Source: Eledone cirrhosa
Lineage: Eukaryota
DNA: 64,000 nucleotides
Direction: 5' to 3'
Assembly: GCA_964016885.1 (NCBI GenBank)
Contig: CAXHJY010001677.1
Location: 186,001 to 250,000 of the forward strand
The notes below the pieces were generated by a model. The model saw nothing but the letters and a program-made list of their open reading frames with translations. It searched no databases and was not told the origin of the DNA. Positions 12,630-27,770 of the stretch are shown here, one piece after another (position 1 is the first letter of the stretch; each line of letters begins with the position of its first letter). A program made the translations under genes and the position numbers.

Positions 12630-15600
12630 CATGGCGGAACAACAAACAACGGAGATAATAAAGTTATTTAGAGAACAGATGGAACAACAAATGCAACAAC
12701 ACAAGACAGATATGGACACTGATAAAACTGTTTGGTGCTCGAGATTCTGAACAACAGAGTTTATTGGCGTCGCCAGTTGCTTCGACACCAACAGCATTCA
12801 TCCCACCATTTGCTGCTTTTGATTCAACAACAGAACTATGGCCTGATTACTGGTCAAGATTCTGCACGTTTGTGGCTGCTAACGCTGTACCCGAGCAACG
12901 CATGGCACAAGTGTTCCTGACTAATCAGACGGCTGCTATCTACAAACAACTTGCAAATCTGGCTGCTCAACAAAATCCGCCTAAGAATATCAACAAGTTG
13001 ACAATGAACGAAATTGTTGACTTCATGAAAGAACAGTTCGACCCAAAACTTTTCATTGTGAGAGAACGTTTCAAGTTCTGGAGTGACATGCAACGGATGC
13101 CAGGCGAAACTCTCCAGGAGCTGGCAGCACGTATACGTCAGGATGCAGCTACCTGTGATTTTCCTTCGATCACAAATCCACAAGATGAAGCTCTAAGACA
13201 GAGATTTATGTTCTGTCAATAATGAAGCTGTGTTGAAGGCTATTTTCAAGATCAAGGATACAGAACTAGATTTCGCCCGTGCTGTCCAAGTTGCCATCGG
13301 GACCGAAGACGCAGCAAAGGTTGCCAAGGAAACTGTTTACGGTTCCAAAACCAAGCAAGTCTACAAGGTCCACAAGAACAAGGGTCCTCGAAAGAACCAT
13401 CAGCAGTCTTATTCCACAGACCAGGAGATGTGCTACTGATGTGGAAAGGCCCACAAAGCGACAGACTGCCCCTTCAAAGAAGCCAAATGTCATTTTTGTG
13501 ACAAAAGGACATTTGCAAGCGGTGTGTAGAAAGAAACAACATCAGCAACGTAATCATCGCTCACAGAATTACGTGAAAAGAATCACGAAAGCTGAGCTAG
13601 TCAAGGCGATCCTTGGTGAAGTTCCCCACGATACTCATAGTTTGAATGTGCCAATAACAATCCAGAACAAACTTTTCACAATGGAATTGGACACAGCTAC
13701 TACAGGCAATTTTGTTTCCTTGTCAGTTTGGAAACAATTAGGAAAACCGAAGCTGCAAGATGTCAAACATCGGTTTGAATCTGCCAGCAACTACGACCTG
13801 CCCGTTCTGGGAACTTTCATGGGCCAAACCAAGGATCCAACGACCAGTAAACGGAATTCAATACCCTACATCGTCACCATGATCCCTGATCTTAATTTGC
13901 TGGGACGAAACGCTATCCAGACTCTGGGAATTTCCGTGGACAATGCTCTCGTATTGAAAAGTATAGACAGCCAGGCCAAGAGTGAGGGTGCAGAAGTGAT
14001 GCATCCAGATACCTCAAATGAGCCCTATATTTCCATGCAACGAGATTGTCACAACATGTGTGATGAATTCCCAGATCTCTTCAAGCAAGAATTGGGATGT
14101 CTTAATGACTTCGAACTGGAAGTGAAGTTCAAGTCGGACGCGACACCGGTCTTTCACAAGGCACGCCCGGTCCCGTTTACTCTTCGAGATGACCTGGCCA
14201 AAGGTTACGAAGAAGGCATCGCCAAAGGAATCTGGAAGCCAGTACAGTTCAACGAATACGGAACGCCAGTGGTACCGATTCGTAAAGCACATACTTCAGG
14301 CAACCTGAAGCCCAAACTACTGATTTGTGATGACTACTCTGTGGGAATTAATGACCAACTTGCAGATCATCGTCATCCAATGCCACTCCCAGAGGAACTG
14401 ATGTAGAAGCTCGGAGGTGGATTCGGATACACAAAGATTGATCTTGCTGATGCCTATAATCAGATCAAGCTGGCTCCAGAAAGTCAACGCAGGCTTGCAC
14501 TCAGCACTCACCGTGGGGTGCTCCTGCAGGAACGACTCCCTTTCGAAATCAAGTCAGCACCTGGTTACTTTCAGGAGATCATGGAAACCTGACTTAGATC
14601 TACCTGATGTGGCCGTCTTCCAGGACGACATGCTCGTCAGTGGGAAATATGCAAACGACCACCTGAACAACCTAAAGTGTCTGCTCACACGTCTATGCGA
14701 CAAAGGACTCAGATGTCGCCGTGACAAGTGCCAGTTTGCACTACCCAGTGTGGAATACCTTGGACACACCTTGTCGGCTGAAGGGAGCGCGAAGGGATCC
14801 AAGGTCGAAGCAGTTTTAAAGATGCCACCTCCAACGAACGTCTCAAGCTTGAAGTCTTTCCTGGGTTCAGTTCAGTTCTATGGAAAGTTTATCCCAAACC
14901 TGGCCAGCATGGCAGAGCCACTCTATTGCCTTACGAAAAAAACGACTACTTGGAAGTGAGGAGATGAAGAACAGTCAGCTTTCGATCAGTTGAAAAATGT
15001 GCTTTCATCGGATCGAGTTCTGATACACTTCGATCCAAACAAAACTTTGGGACTGGCTTGCGACGCGTCAAACGTTGGTATTGGAGCAGTCCTGTTTCAT
15101 CGCTATCCCGATGGAAGCGAACGCCCAATATCCAATGTGTCCAAGAGTCCTACTTCTGCACAGCGTACGGCCAAATTCAAAAGGAAGCCCTGGCCATCAA
15201 ATTTATCTTGCAGAATTTCTATCTGTATCTGTACGGACATCAGTTTATACTCGTAACTGACCACAAGCCACTGACATCACTGTTCAGTCCGAGGAAAGGG
15301 ACGCCACTTCTCGCTGCTAACCGACTAGCACGGTGGGCCCTGTGGCTGAACCAGTTTGACTACACCATCGAATATCGGAAAACAACGGATCATGGAAATG
15401 CAGATGCCCTCAGTCGCTTGCCATTTGGTAATGACACCGACTTTGACAGGAAGGAAAATGGTGAAGACATGGACATGGTGTGCGCCAGCAAAGCTGTCTT
15501 CAAGTCCAACCTATCGATTCTAACGTCCTCCGTCAAGAGTCGGAGCAAGATACAGTGATATCTACAGTGATACGCTACGTCCGTGAAGGCTGGCCACCAA

Positions 15601-16845
15601 AGAATACTGAGATCAATGACGAAGTCAATAAGTTCCGGAAGTTATCGGATTCACTCAGTATCTGCCACGGATGCCTTATCCATGGATCGAGAGTTGTTTC
15701 CATATAGCTTACAGCCAAAGATCCTCAATCTTCTGCATCTCGGACACTTTGGCATGGAGCGCATGAAACAATTGGCAAGAACTGCTTTTTATTGGCCTGG
15801 TATCGATGCTGCTATAGAGAAAACCAGTCGACAATGTGATTCGTGTGGTGAACATCAAAACCAGCCATCCAAGTCTCCAGTTCACCCATGGATGTTACCT
15901 GAAAAGCCGTGGAGCCGCTTACACCTGGGCCACGCAATAAATTTCATGGGCAGTAATTGGTTGGTGATCACGGATGCTTATTCCAAGTATCCATGCATTC
16001 ATCCTACGTCATCCACGTCCTCCAGAGCCACTTTAGATATGCTTGAAGAAGACTTTGGGCACTCCGGAGTTCCTCACACGCTAGTCACCGATAACGCACC
16101 AACTTTTATTTCTGAGGCGTTCCAGAGCTGGTGCAAAGAACGTGGGATCACGCACCTGACAGGGGCACCTTACCACCCAGCTACTAACGGAGCGGAACGT
16201 TTGGTGCAGATCTTCAAACAAGCTCTGAGGAAGACTTCTCTTCCGCCGAAGCGAGCACTTCAAGAGTTCTTGATGCAGTACCGGAGAACACCGACATCCA
16301 GTGGATTCTCTCCGAGTGAACTTTTAAATCACCGGAAGATACGGACAAGGATTGATTCTCTGCTGCCCTCGCCAGCACACATCGCTCAAGGCAAGCAGTC
16401 TAAGGAAACATATAAGTCTCAGATGACTCCGGACTCGGAAGGTGTCTCTAAGGTTACCAGGCAGTACAAGGCTGGAGATCCTGTGTATGCACTGTACTAC
16501 GGACCTCGCGGAGACAAAGATCGCCGATGGGTACCAGCAATCATTAAGAAGTCATTGGGTACTCGCTGCTTCAACGTTAAGGTCATACCTCATGGCCCGG
16601 TGTGGAGACGACACTGGGAACAGCTGCAACCGCGGTACACTACTGAGGAAGACAATGAACCTGGTGATGCAGTAGACACTGTTTTTGAGTTTGCAACAGA
16701 TCACCCGATGGAGATCTCGGAAATCGTGCCACTAACTCCAAGACAGACCAGACCCAAGACCTTATTGCCTGTTCCAGAGTATGGACCAGACAATCGAAGA
16801 CGGTCCAAGAGAACTCGTAAACCCCCAGAGAGACTTTGCTGTTGA
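12630..16845 (+). pseudogene. gag-pol polyprotein with frameshifts and stops (two CCHC knuckles, protease MELDTA, RT FQDD, RNase H LACDAS, integrase HHCC/DDE)
   Basis: ORF fragments 12764..13222, 13279..14406, 14417..14959, 14990..15558 and 15583..16845 carry these motifs in shifted frames. Confidence 0.92.
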
Positions 16846-16879
16846 TGCTTCTTTTGTCGCATCAATTTCGGTGGGGAGG

Positions 16880-17155
16880 TGTTGTATGGACTGGGAATCG
16901 AACTCACAACCTCATTGTTGTATAGACTGTTAAATGTTTATTCAATTTACACGTGCTCACACATTTGCATATGAATCACGTGACCTGGGCAGTCAGTCAG
17001 CGTTGGCATTAAAAACTCGGTCACAGACTGCTACTGACTTACTTTCTGTTATTCTGCTACTGCGAGGAGGGGCGTTGTGGTTGTTTCGCAAATTACACAA
17101 ATTATTTGATATAACTCGTTGTGTTTTCTCTGCCAGTACCGAGAGGAATACAACA
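16880..17155 (+). repeat. 3' LTR
   Basis: Preceded by a polypurine tract, followed by TSD GTATG. Confidence 0.97.
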
Positions 17156-17160
17156 GTATG

Positions 17161-17571
17161 TATACAGCATTGGTCAATAGAAAACGTCCAATCCTCATGC
17201 ACAACAATGTTTGACCACACTTCACACAACCAACACTCCAGAGGTTTAGCAAATTAAGCTATGAAGTTTGCCTCATTCAGCATGCTTACTAGTTTTTTTT
17301 TCCAAACAACTGCCAATTTCTTTAGCATTTCAACAATTTCTTGCAAGGAAAATTCTTCAACAACCATACAAGCATAAAAATATCTTCGAAATCATTGTCT
17401 CCAGAACTTCAAAATTCTATGTTATTGAAATAATATGCTTGTATCTTGTTGACAAAAATGTGTATATTGTAATGATTTTTATTTCAATCAATATAGTTTA
17501 TTCTGAACTGCAGTATGTCATTTTAAATGTCATTGTGTAAAAGTCTGCATTTGTTTCCAAACAACCTGATA
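17161..17571 (+). mobile_element. mariner remnant, 3' part with right TIR
   Basis: Broken translation LMHNNV.PHFTQPTLQ..LSYEV.PH..HF.NFLQGK; mariner-like end ..CAAACAACCTGATA-TA. Confidence 0.75.
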
Positions 17572-18110
17572 TAAGCCATATTACTTTAAGATGAATGTAT
17601 GATGATAAGAACAAAACAGACTAAGATTCTTCTGGAGTATGCTTGCAATCTGTGACCAAAATATCTTTCACTGATAATAGTGTTATATTTTGTACTTCTT
17701 TTGATTGATTTGGGGACATTTTGAGGAGTGTTTAGTAAAATTATTCCACTAATAGATGTACTTGCTCAATACCAAGTGATATCTATTTACTATTTACATA
17801 AGACAAGCAGTCTATACCAATTGTCTTGTTTTAGTGTACAACACAGATGAATATTTGAAACTCATGGCATATTTATTTACCTAAAATTATTTTAGAGCAA
17901 GCAATCCTTTTTTATTTTACCTTATTCCTAGTGAAAAACACTGGCAGTTTATTCGGTTAAATTGAGGTTGTTTATATTCTTAGGTACAAGAAGGGGAATC
18001 TGATGTTTTGTGACATCCTTCATCGGGGAGAAAGGAAATTATCTATAACCACTTTGTAAAGCTCTTTTTTTATTCAACCTCAATTTGACTTTATATATTC
18101 TCAATTCTAC

Positions 18111-18385
18111 CTAAGCCCTTTTGTTAATTCTTTCATTACAATATTTTAAATAAAATACTGTCTATGATTTTAAAATAATTTTGATAGTAATTTTGATAAT
18201 AATTTGGAGGGATTTACTATTACAACTTTTTCCTTTTTAATCAGGTGTTTGGATCATAACTTAACAAATATTCTTATATAAATTATGATGAAAGGTTTTT
18301 AGCTAAATATAAACACTTTAAAATAAACGATTTTGTATTATAGGACCAATAGCAGTTTCAGGCAAGTTTGTATCAAAACGGTTAA
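18111..18385. mobile_element. TTAA MITE copy
   Basis: Ends GTATCAAAACGG-TTAA; internal similarity to 19435-19681. Confidence 0.55.
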
Positions 18386-19434
18386 ATACTTGTATAGAAT
18401 GAACAAATTTTTATAACCTATAAACACAGGCTGTTTGGTTAAGAAATCCAGTTTGAAATAATGTGGCTCTAAGTTTAATCCCATTGTGCAACACTATGGG
18501 CAAGTGTCTTCTACTATGGTCTTAGGCTGATCTTACCCAGTGTGTGTTTGTCTGTGACCATGTATGTGTTTATGTGTTTGACACACCAGTTTTCCATGCT
18601 TGCATGGAAAAGTGGACATAAAATTATGATGATTATCTAAGTTACCTTATTATATAAAAAGATAAAGGCTCTTAACTCCTGATTCGATCAGGAGCACTGT
18701 CTTGATACATGGCTGAACTTGAGCATTTAAAACCTGATGAAGCTCAGCCTTCTCCAGACAAGAAACCAGATGATTTGTTAATGAGAGAGATAGAGAATCA
18801 ATCCTTGTACTGGATGGCTACTTTATTTATCAACCTTCAAAGAATGAAAGGCAAAGTTGATTTTAGGAACATTAGATCTCTGTGTGCAGTGAGCTGGAAT
18901 AAATACCAATGCATTTTAATTCAATGCGCTAACAAATCTGCCAATTCACAACCTTAAAGCATTTCAACCTAACTCAATAATTTATATGAGTATAGACAAA
19001 TACACACACGCACACATGATATACTACACATACATTCTACCATTTCTCACTCAGAAGATATTGGTTACCCCAAGGCTACAAAAGCTGCAGTTAGATCAAA
19101 CTCAGAAACACATAGTTGTGAGAAAACCATCTTAAACATATTTCTATGCTTGTGTAAAAAATACTACTATATTGTTAGATATGTTTTGCATAGTTTATTG
19201 GAACCAGTATATCCTATCACAATCAATTCAGAATTTATCGTTATGTCATATTAAATAAGAGTAGTTGTGAGAATATGTTGTAGTAATTAAGCATTTTGTG
19301 AATGTTTTATTTATATTTTCATTCATTCTAGGAGATGGCTATCTTCTTTTAACACTCTCTCATGCCAATCACTCTGACTGATTCTTCTTCTGCCATTGAT
19401 CTCACTTCTATTCACCCTGTTGATCGTGTGGCCT

Positions 19435-19681
19435 TTAACACTTTCTTGACCATATTTATAATGAAATATACTGTATTTGAATTAATTAATGAAGAATTTG
19501 GAGGTAATTACTAAAATTATTAATTATTTCATGATTAAGATGGTATTAGTAGCAGAACTTAAAAGATTCATATATAGTATTATGTTAGACGATTTAAATT
19601 TAAATAAGAAAGCTTTAAAATGATTGGTTCTGTTTCATAGAACCAATGGTAGTTTTGCTGGGTTGGTATCAAAGGGGTTAA
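19435..19681. mobile_element. TTAA MITE copy with both ends
   Basis: TTAA-CACTTTCTTGACC ... GGTATCAAAGGGG-TTAA; imperfect TIRs, TTAA TSD. Confidence 0.65.
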
Positions 19682-20216
19682 TTACAAGCGCAATGTAGAA
19701 TAGTGACTACCTTTTAGTCTTGTATGATGAAAGGTGAATTCAGTAATACTGATACCGCAATAAAATGCAACTAGTACACTTTGAAAAATAATTGAAGAAT
19801 GATTTGAGATTAGGAAGGGGTGCGAGGACCTGTTAGTAATATCAAGGACATAATCTTGGTTGTGTTCATGCCACTATAAAATGCTCTAGTACACTCTGTA
19901 AATTAAAATGATGTTAGGAATGGCATCCAACCAAGCAAACCATGTCAAAAATAGAGACGTTGACACATGGTCTTCCAGTCCATCTAGAATGTTAGTTGTT
20001 CCAAATAAGAACTAAATTGAACTGTAATGACCTGTCCCATTTATGCCAGTCTGAAAACAGACATATGATGATGCTGACGAGGATACAACTATTCTGTGTA
20101 ACAACTCATATCATCTTTTTTTTTATTATAACTTCTTTAAACATATTATAACGAAGTCCTATAATTTGGTTTTCTTTTAGTGAACCATAATTCTTTTATT
20201 TTCTATTTCATTGCAG

Positions 20217-20355
20217 AGCACATGCTTATGACAAGTTGTTTGGTAATCACAAAATAAAACCAGACCTATTAATCACATCTGTAAAAATACATCAAGAAGC
20301 TCACGAAGTTAATAAATTAAATGACACATGCACACACATTCAAAATGCTATCTAA
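20217..20355 (+). CDS. candidate terminal exon (AHAYDKLFGNHKIKPDLLITSVKIHQEAHEVNKLNDTCTHIQNAI*)
   Basis: Strong acceptor TTCTTTTATTTTCTATTTCATTGCAG; open frame to TAA; phase compatible with the donor at 9984. Confidence 0.25.
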
Positions 20356-20949
20356 ACCTCTAATTAGATAAAAATGATCTCTACTCCAACAGTAATTTAG
20401 TGGTAGAGGAGGCGGTGGTGGTTGCGTTTCCATTTATCCTCAGTTCACAAAAGCGTAACCGGTGATAGAATATTATATACTTCCACACACAACACCACTA
20501 CCAACAACAACGGTACCATCAAGCCAACTTACCCTCACCTCATAATTCCAACTGAATGTCAGTATCTGTCCAACACAGTCCAATTTTCATCTTACATGCC
20601 CCTTCCAATCTATTTGATCCTTTCCTCCTCCTCTCCACTTCTAGTCATTAAGCTCTGCTTCACCTACCATTGCTTTGCTCTTCCCACTATTCAATTAATC
20701 AACCTCAGAATTCCCAGAAACATTACATAGTGACAACTTATATTACTGCAGGTGTATGTCTAGCATACCTATTAAGTTATGGTTTTTAGTTGATAGACAC
20801 CTTCATTAACAATGAACAATGAAGTGAAATCCAACTGAAGCATTATCAAACATACTTTAAACGTACTTCGAATTTAAAGTAAGAAATCTCTTCGAAAGAA
20901 ATCTCCCTATAATGGAGCAATCTCTCTTGCCTCCCTTTTTGCCATTGTT

Positions 20950-21230
20950 CAGGTGACTTTCCTGAGATCTAGGCCATGTGGCACACATGAATTAGCCAGA
21001 GAATACCTATTCTGTTAAAGGCTTTTAAAATCTCAGGCTGAATTTCATCCTTCCCACAAGCCTTGGCACATTTGAGTTTTTGAATTGCTCTGTTGACCTC
21101 AGCTTCTGATAGGTTAATCTTCATTCCCAGATCTACCTCATATACATCAGGTGTTGTGACCAGGTTTAAGACATCTACAAAGTATTCTCTCCACCACATG
21201 AGTATGTATATCTCTCTGAAGGGAGAACAA
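20950..21230 (-). mobile_element. RTE-like LINE fragment
   Basis: WREYFVDVLN..EVNRAIQKLKCAKACGKDEIQPEILK, the linker upstream of RT. Confidence 0.8.
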
Positions 21231-21989
21231 CTCTAGGCACATTCAAATCTCATTAAGATCAATTTTGCATTTGATCCTTTCGGTATCTTTAAATAAAGTA
21301 CCAGTCAGTGGAGTGGTGGATTGATGGAATTGTTAAAGTATTGGACAAAATGGTTTGGAATATCTGATCCAGCCCTGTGTTATTCAAATAATTTCCCCTT
21401 TTCCTAAGAGTTGCAGTATCATTAATGGCTCAAGCATTGGAAAATTAATTGCCTTGTTTCGATCTAATAATCAGCTTCTTTCCTTTCTTTTTTGCATAAA
21501 ACATATCAAACAAATGATTGAATAAATACATGTTAGCATAAAATTATTCATTTACATTATGATGTTTACTCACAATATGTACTATTAGGTGAGTTCTGAT
21601 GTTTTTAATTCTATGTTTAATGGGATAATTGATTTAGAATTAATAGTTATACTTGTGTTTGAAACAAAATTTGTTTTAAAGAGCATATTTGTTAGTGAAG
21701 AAAGCATTGCTTAACAGTACTTATTCCATTGAAAGTTTCTAATACCCATACAAGCAACATCTCATTGCATTCCTTCACATTAATATATCTAGACATACGT
21801 AATAAGTTAGGTATCATTGAAATCAACGTTGCTTAGATGTAAAACCATAGACTTAATATAATTTAGAATGATATTTATGAATGCTTCATCAACCTATTAA
21901 ATTTAATTTATCAGAAACAAAATAAACAATCTTTGGTGATTAGCTATGTAAATAACCTTAGTAGACGATATTATTGTCCGTTTATAATT

Positions 21990-22170
21990 GTTTCTACTAT
22001 TGGCCAGCTATTACCCAGTATATTACTGGTACTTTATTTTTTCGACCCTGTAAGGATGAAAGGCAAAGTTAACCTCGGCGGGATTTGAACTCAAAATGGC
22101 AAGGGCCGTAACTCTATGCATCAAAGCATGGCATCCGACCCTCTACTGATACTGCCAATTCACCGCCCAT
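21990..22170 (-). mobile_element. tRNA-derived SINE, family A
   Basis: Reverse complement of the 36315-36508 family: TGGCAGTATCAG head, GTTCAAATCC, GCCTTTCATCCTTACAGGGTCGA..AAGTACC. Confidence 0.8.
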
Positions 22171-23464
22171 TGTCCATTTATAATGGCTGGTTGTTTAGGT
22201 TCTTGTGTGGATATGAGGATAAATATATATATGATATTCAGAAAGTTTAATTCAAGCCAAATATATAATACAATTCATTTATTGAATGTATCAACTCAAC
22301 ATGCTTTATGTTGAGACTATCAGTCCATCTATTCTGTGATTATTTTAACATTGTTTATAAACACATTTCAAGTATTATATGTAACAATTGACATATACAT
22401 TTATTGTCTCTAGCACAATTGAAACTACTTAAAGTGAGTTTAATTCCAACATCCACTTGCTTCCTGATATAACACTATGGAATCTTCCATCCATGCTGAA
22501 CTATTTTTCTGCGACAGTGACTGATAAACGTTCATGATGAATGTAAACTGTACTTGTCTTGCCATGGACACAACCTCTTCCACTTGCCTAAGCAATACTC
22601 ATTCGTTTAAAGTTTACAAAGGTTCTACCTCCATACTTTCCTCCAGCCACCAACTCTTTGATGAAGAACATTCCTTTCCAGGTTTGACAACAGCCAATTA
22701 CATCCAGAGAGAAAGAGAGTGAGAGGGTCAGACAAAAAGTACTTGACATGCATTTTATTTATTTACTTTGAAGCAATAGAAGGCAAATTCAATTTTAGTG
22801 GGACTTGAATTCAGGAAAGCTGAAACAAATACGGCAATATATTTTATTCAATACTCTGTCAACTGATAATTCACAGCCTTCTACCAATATTGAGGAAAAA
22901 TAAACATTAAATCAATGCCTATATATGTTCAAGACAGCATATTTCAACAAATCAAATGTTTAAGCTGCAGGAGGAATTTTCATTCCAAATTATTTTTGAC
23001 AAATTTGAATTCAATGTATGGAAAGTGGAATATTTTTTGTCTAGATCAAATATATATATTGCTTTCAAAAGACTGGCAGCATTAAAATTACCTTTACTAC
23101 ATAAATCTAAATGAATTTTAGATGAGAGGATTAGTTTGGTAAACAATTTTCTTTAGAGTATTCAATGGTGTAAACGATGGCATGTTAGTTGATATTATTA
23201 CTTTGGCTGAGATGTTGGAAGGTTTCTGTCTGTAATTCTATGTCTGTTTCATTTTATATGCCTATGCTAATTTATTTCTAAGCATTGCAGAATATAAGTT
23301 GCATTATATTTTTATTGTTGCTTCCTAGACATATATTATCAAACAGACTAGATCAGAGTTTTAATGAATAAATAGATATAGTCATATGGGTTCTAAAAAT
23401 ATAGGCTGATGTCCTCTTGTGTGGATACACACACACACACACACACATAAAATATATATATATG

Positions 23465-23750
23465 CCCCCAACCCCTCCCACTCACAAAGTGACTGTGGAG
23501 ATGCCATGGCAAAAACGCACCCAGCCCACACTGTAAAGTGGATGTGTAGGCGCCACGGAAAAAAGTACCCAGCACTCACTGTAAATGAGGTTGGTGTTAG
23601 GAAGGGCATCCAGCTGTAGAAATCAAGCCAGAATCAGTTCCAGTATGTGCAAGACATGGTCAGCCGACCGGCTACTGCGCACAACAGGACAACCCGTCTA
23701 ACCCATGCTAGCGTGGGAGAACGGACGTAAAACGGTGATGATGATGATAT
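23465..23750 (+). mobile_element. SINE/LINE-tail repeat, family C, with (GAT)n tail
   Basis: Internal repeats AAAA(G)CACCCAGCCCACACTGTAAAGTGG, GTTAGGAAGGGCATCCAGCTGTAGAAA, ending GGACGTAAAACGGTGATGATGAT. Copies at 41165-41435, 50605-50965 and 62858. Confidence 0.75.
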
Positions 23751-24975
23751 ATATATATATATATACTGAGAGAGAGAATGAGAAATTTATATAACTACAC
23801 ATTTGTATATCAACATTTTTATTCAATCACACACAAACAACATAGATTTTATTAACTACAATATAAAACGTTTTGTACAAAATAAATATTTTAGTTTTAT
23901 AGCTAGACACACGTATATATCCGTATAAATGAAAAACATATACACCCTATGATATAAAGATATATATGCACGTAGACAGATCTATTAGCATCCCGTATGA
24001 CATGTGAATGCTTATATATTTCCCAAGATACGTATGGATATGTATATTCATAAGAATGCTACGCTAGTTTATATTTGCAAAAGTCAATCTATTGAAGAAA
24101 AGCAAAAGTAAGAAATATTTATCCATCTCATATTTATTGAAATTGCTCGAACTCACTGATGCCTGTGCATATGGGTGTATATATGCATATGCTTATATGT
24201 GTGTGTGAGTGTATATATATATATTCGTTTTTTACGCCACTGAACAGCGCTTTGGCTTGTGTCAGATGCTGTGATGCCGGGTAAATAAGCAGGAACGTTA
24301 GTAGCGCTCGAAATTGCCAAAGTCATCCCAGCAGTCAATGATTCTGGAGTTATGTGTCTTTCATTTGTATTTTTGTTTTTAAAAACTATTTTTTAAAGGT
24401 TTCCTCTTTAAAAATTGTTTTCGTTTTGCGTTGCTTTCGTTCGATGTCTTGTGCTCTCTGTTAATTGTCTTCAGTTTATATATATTTGTGTATATTTATA
24501 TATAATATATACATAGATATAAAGCACAAAATATTTAGTAAAAAATACATACTATAAAGTGGAAAAGTTCTTATTTTCCTTATGGTACCATTTCATAGTG
24601 CGTAAACCGTAACAAAAATCGATCTAAGTAATCGATTATAGATTACCATCTATTGATTTTAGTAAAGCTACAGGTGACACGAAACTAATCATCATTGTAT
24701 CGTATTTGGATAAGTTCAAATAGAGTATAGAGTACAAAATACTTTTATATGTGTCGGAATTCGAGAGTTAGACCAAAGCCATCGACAGCATATAACTGCT
24801 CCAAATTCTTAATTCGTTAATCTGGCAATACTGTCGGTAGTACTTTACACATCTTTCTAGCAGATATGCCGTCCAGTCCTCCTATTTATATCTGCCGCCA
24901 CGTTTAAAACCTTCTCGCATATGCTGTCTATGGTTTCGGCCTAACTCTAGGATCACGACAGATATAAAAGTATTT

Positions 24976-26640
<1,665 letters not shown>

Positions 26641-26758
26641 ATAAATATAGTAATAATAAAAATATGAAGACTAAAATCCAAAGAGGGCTCGATAAGGATA
26701 AATATATATCAAATATATAAGAACCGTAGAGCAAATATTTATTAAAATAACAGATTAA

Positions 26759-26809
26759 AGTTTAAGCAAAGAATCGCTGCTTTCACCCTTAACGGGATCT
26801 TCTGAAACT
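26759..26809 (-). ncRNA. hammerhead-like motif (variant core), left-arm copy
   Basis: Reverse complement of 30286-30336. Confidence 0.5.
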
Positions 26810-27770
26810 AACAAAGTGAATCTGTAAACGCAGAAGTGGATATTTCAAAAAACGTTGCAACCGGAGGAAGGCAGGAAGACGATACTTTGGTTCGTGGAAA
26901 CCTTCGCTGGCAAAGAACGGGAAAAAACAAGTATAATACGTCATTAATAGGAGCGGTGAAAAACAATTACGCGCAAAGACAGAACCACATTCATGGTATA
27001 AAAGAGGTCGTAGACTAATGTTCTCTTAGGTGGTTCATAGAGACGTTCTCTGGCAATGAACGAAAAAAACGAAGATAATACGTCATATGTGGAGCGTGGA
27101 GAACAATTGCACGCAAAGACAAAACCACGTAAATGGTATAGCAGAAGTCGTAGACTAAAATTCCAACTAGGAGACCGAATGAATCTTCAGTTAAGAACAA
27201 AGTAAATAAATACAATACAGAAGTAATAGAAATTAAATAAATACATACACGCATACAAATACGTACATACACAAGCATACGCGAAAACACTTACCATAGG
27301 TATACAAAACCACGCACATATAAATATGTGTGTGTGTGTAAGCGTGGATACAAATAAATAAATAATTAAATAAACGTATATAAATAAATAAATACGTATA
27401 TAACAAGCGCACACACATACCTACATGTAAATACACAAATGTTCGGAGACGTAAGTCAACCAAACATGAAGTACACATATACACAAACCCTACATACGTA
27501 CGAACCTGCATACTCACACAGACGCAAAACTCCCGTATACACATAACCAAACCATATGTACCAGAATATATAAAAATTATACGCCATAACATATACAATC
27601 AAATATACGTACGAGAAGGTATATGTATTTTCACAAAACATACAAGTAAAATATACTTACCTATGCAAATAAGTAAGGGTATAAACAAAACATATACATA
27701 GCTACCACATCAAGACGTAAAATATCCACGTATAGATCGTACTATCCGTTAGGGTATAACGTGGGGCTGT

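Larger units (their letters stand above)
12116..17155 (+). mobile_element. full-length Ty3/Gypsy LTR retrotransposon (Mag-like), gag-pol disrupted
   Basis: Two 276-bp LTRs (TGTTGTAT...ATACAACA), 5-bp TSD GTATG (12111-12115, 17156-17160), PBS, PPT GGTGGGGAGG, domain order gag-PR-RT-RH-IN. Confidence 0.97.

Noticed and set aside
18740-18785. CTGATGA...GAAAC hammerhead-like spacing and ORF 18709..18957
   Set aside because: No convincing stem II or III; the ORF runs into a family A SINE.
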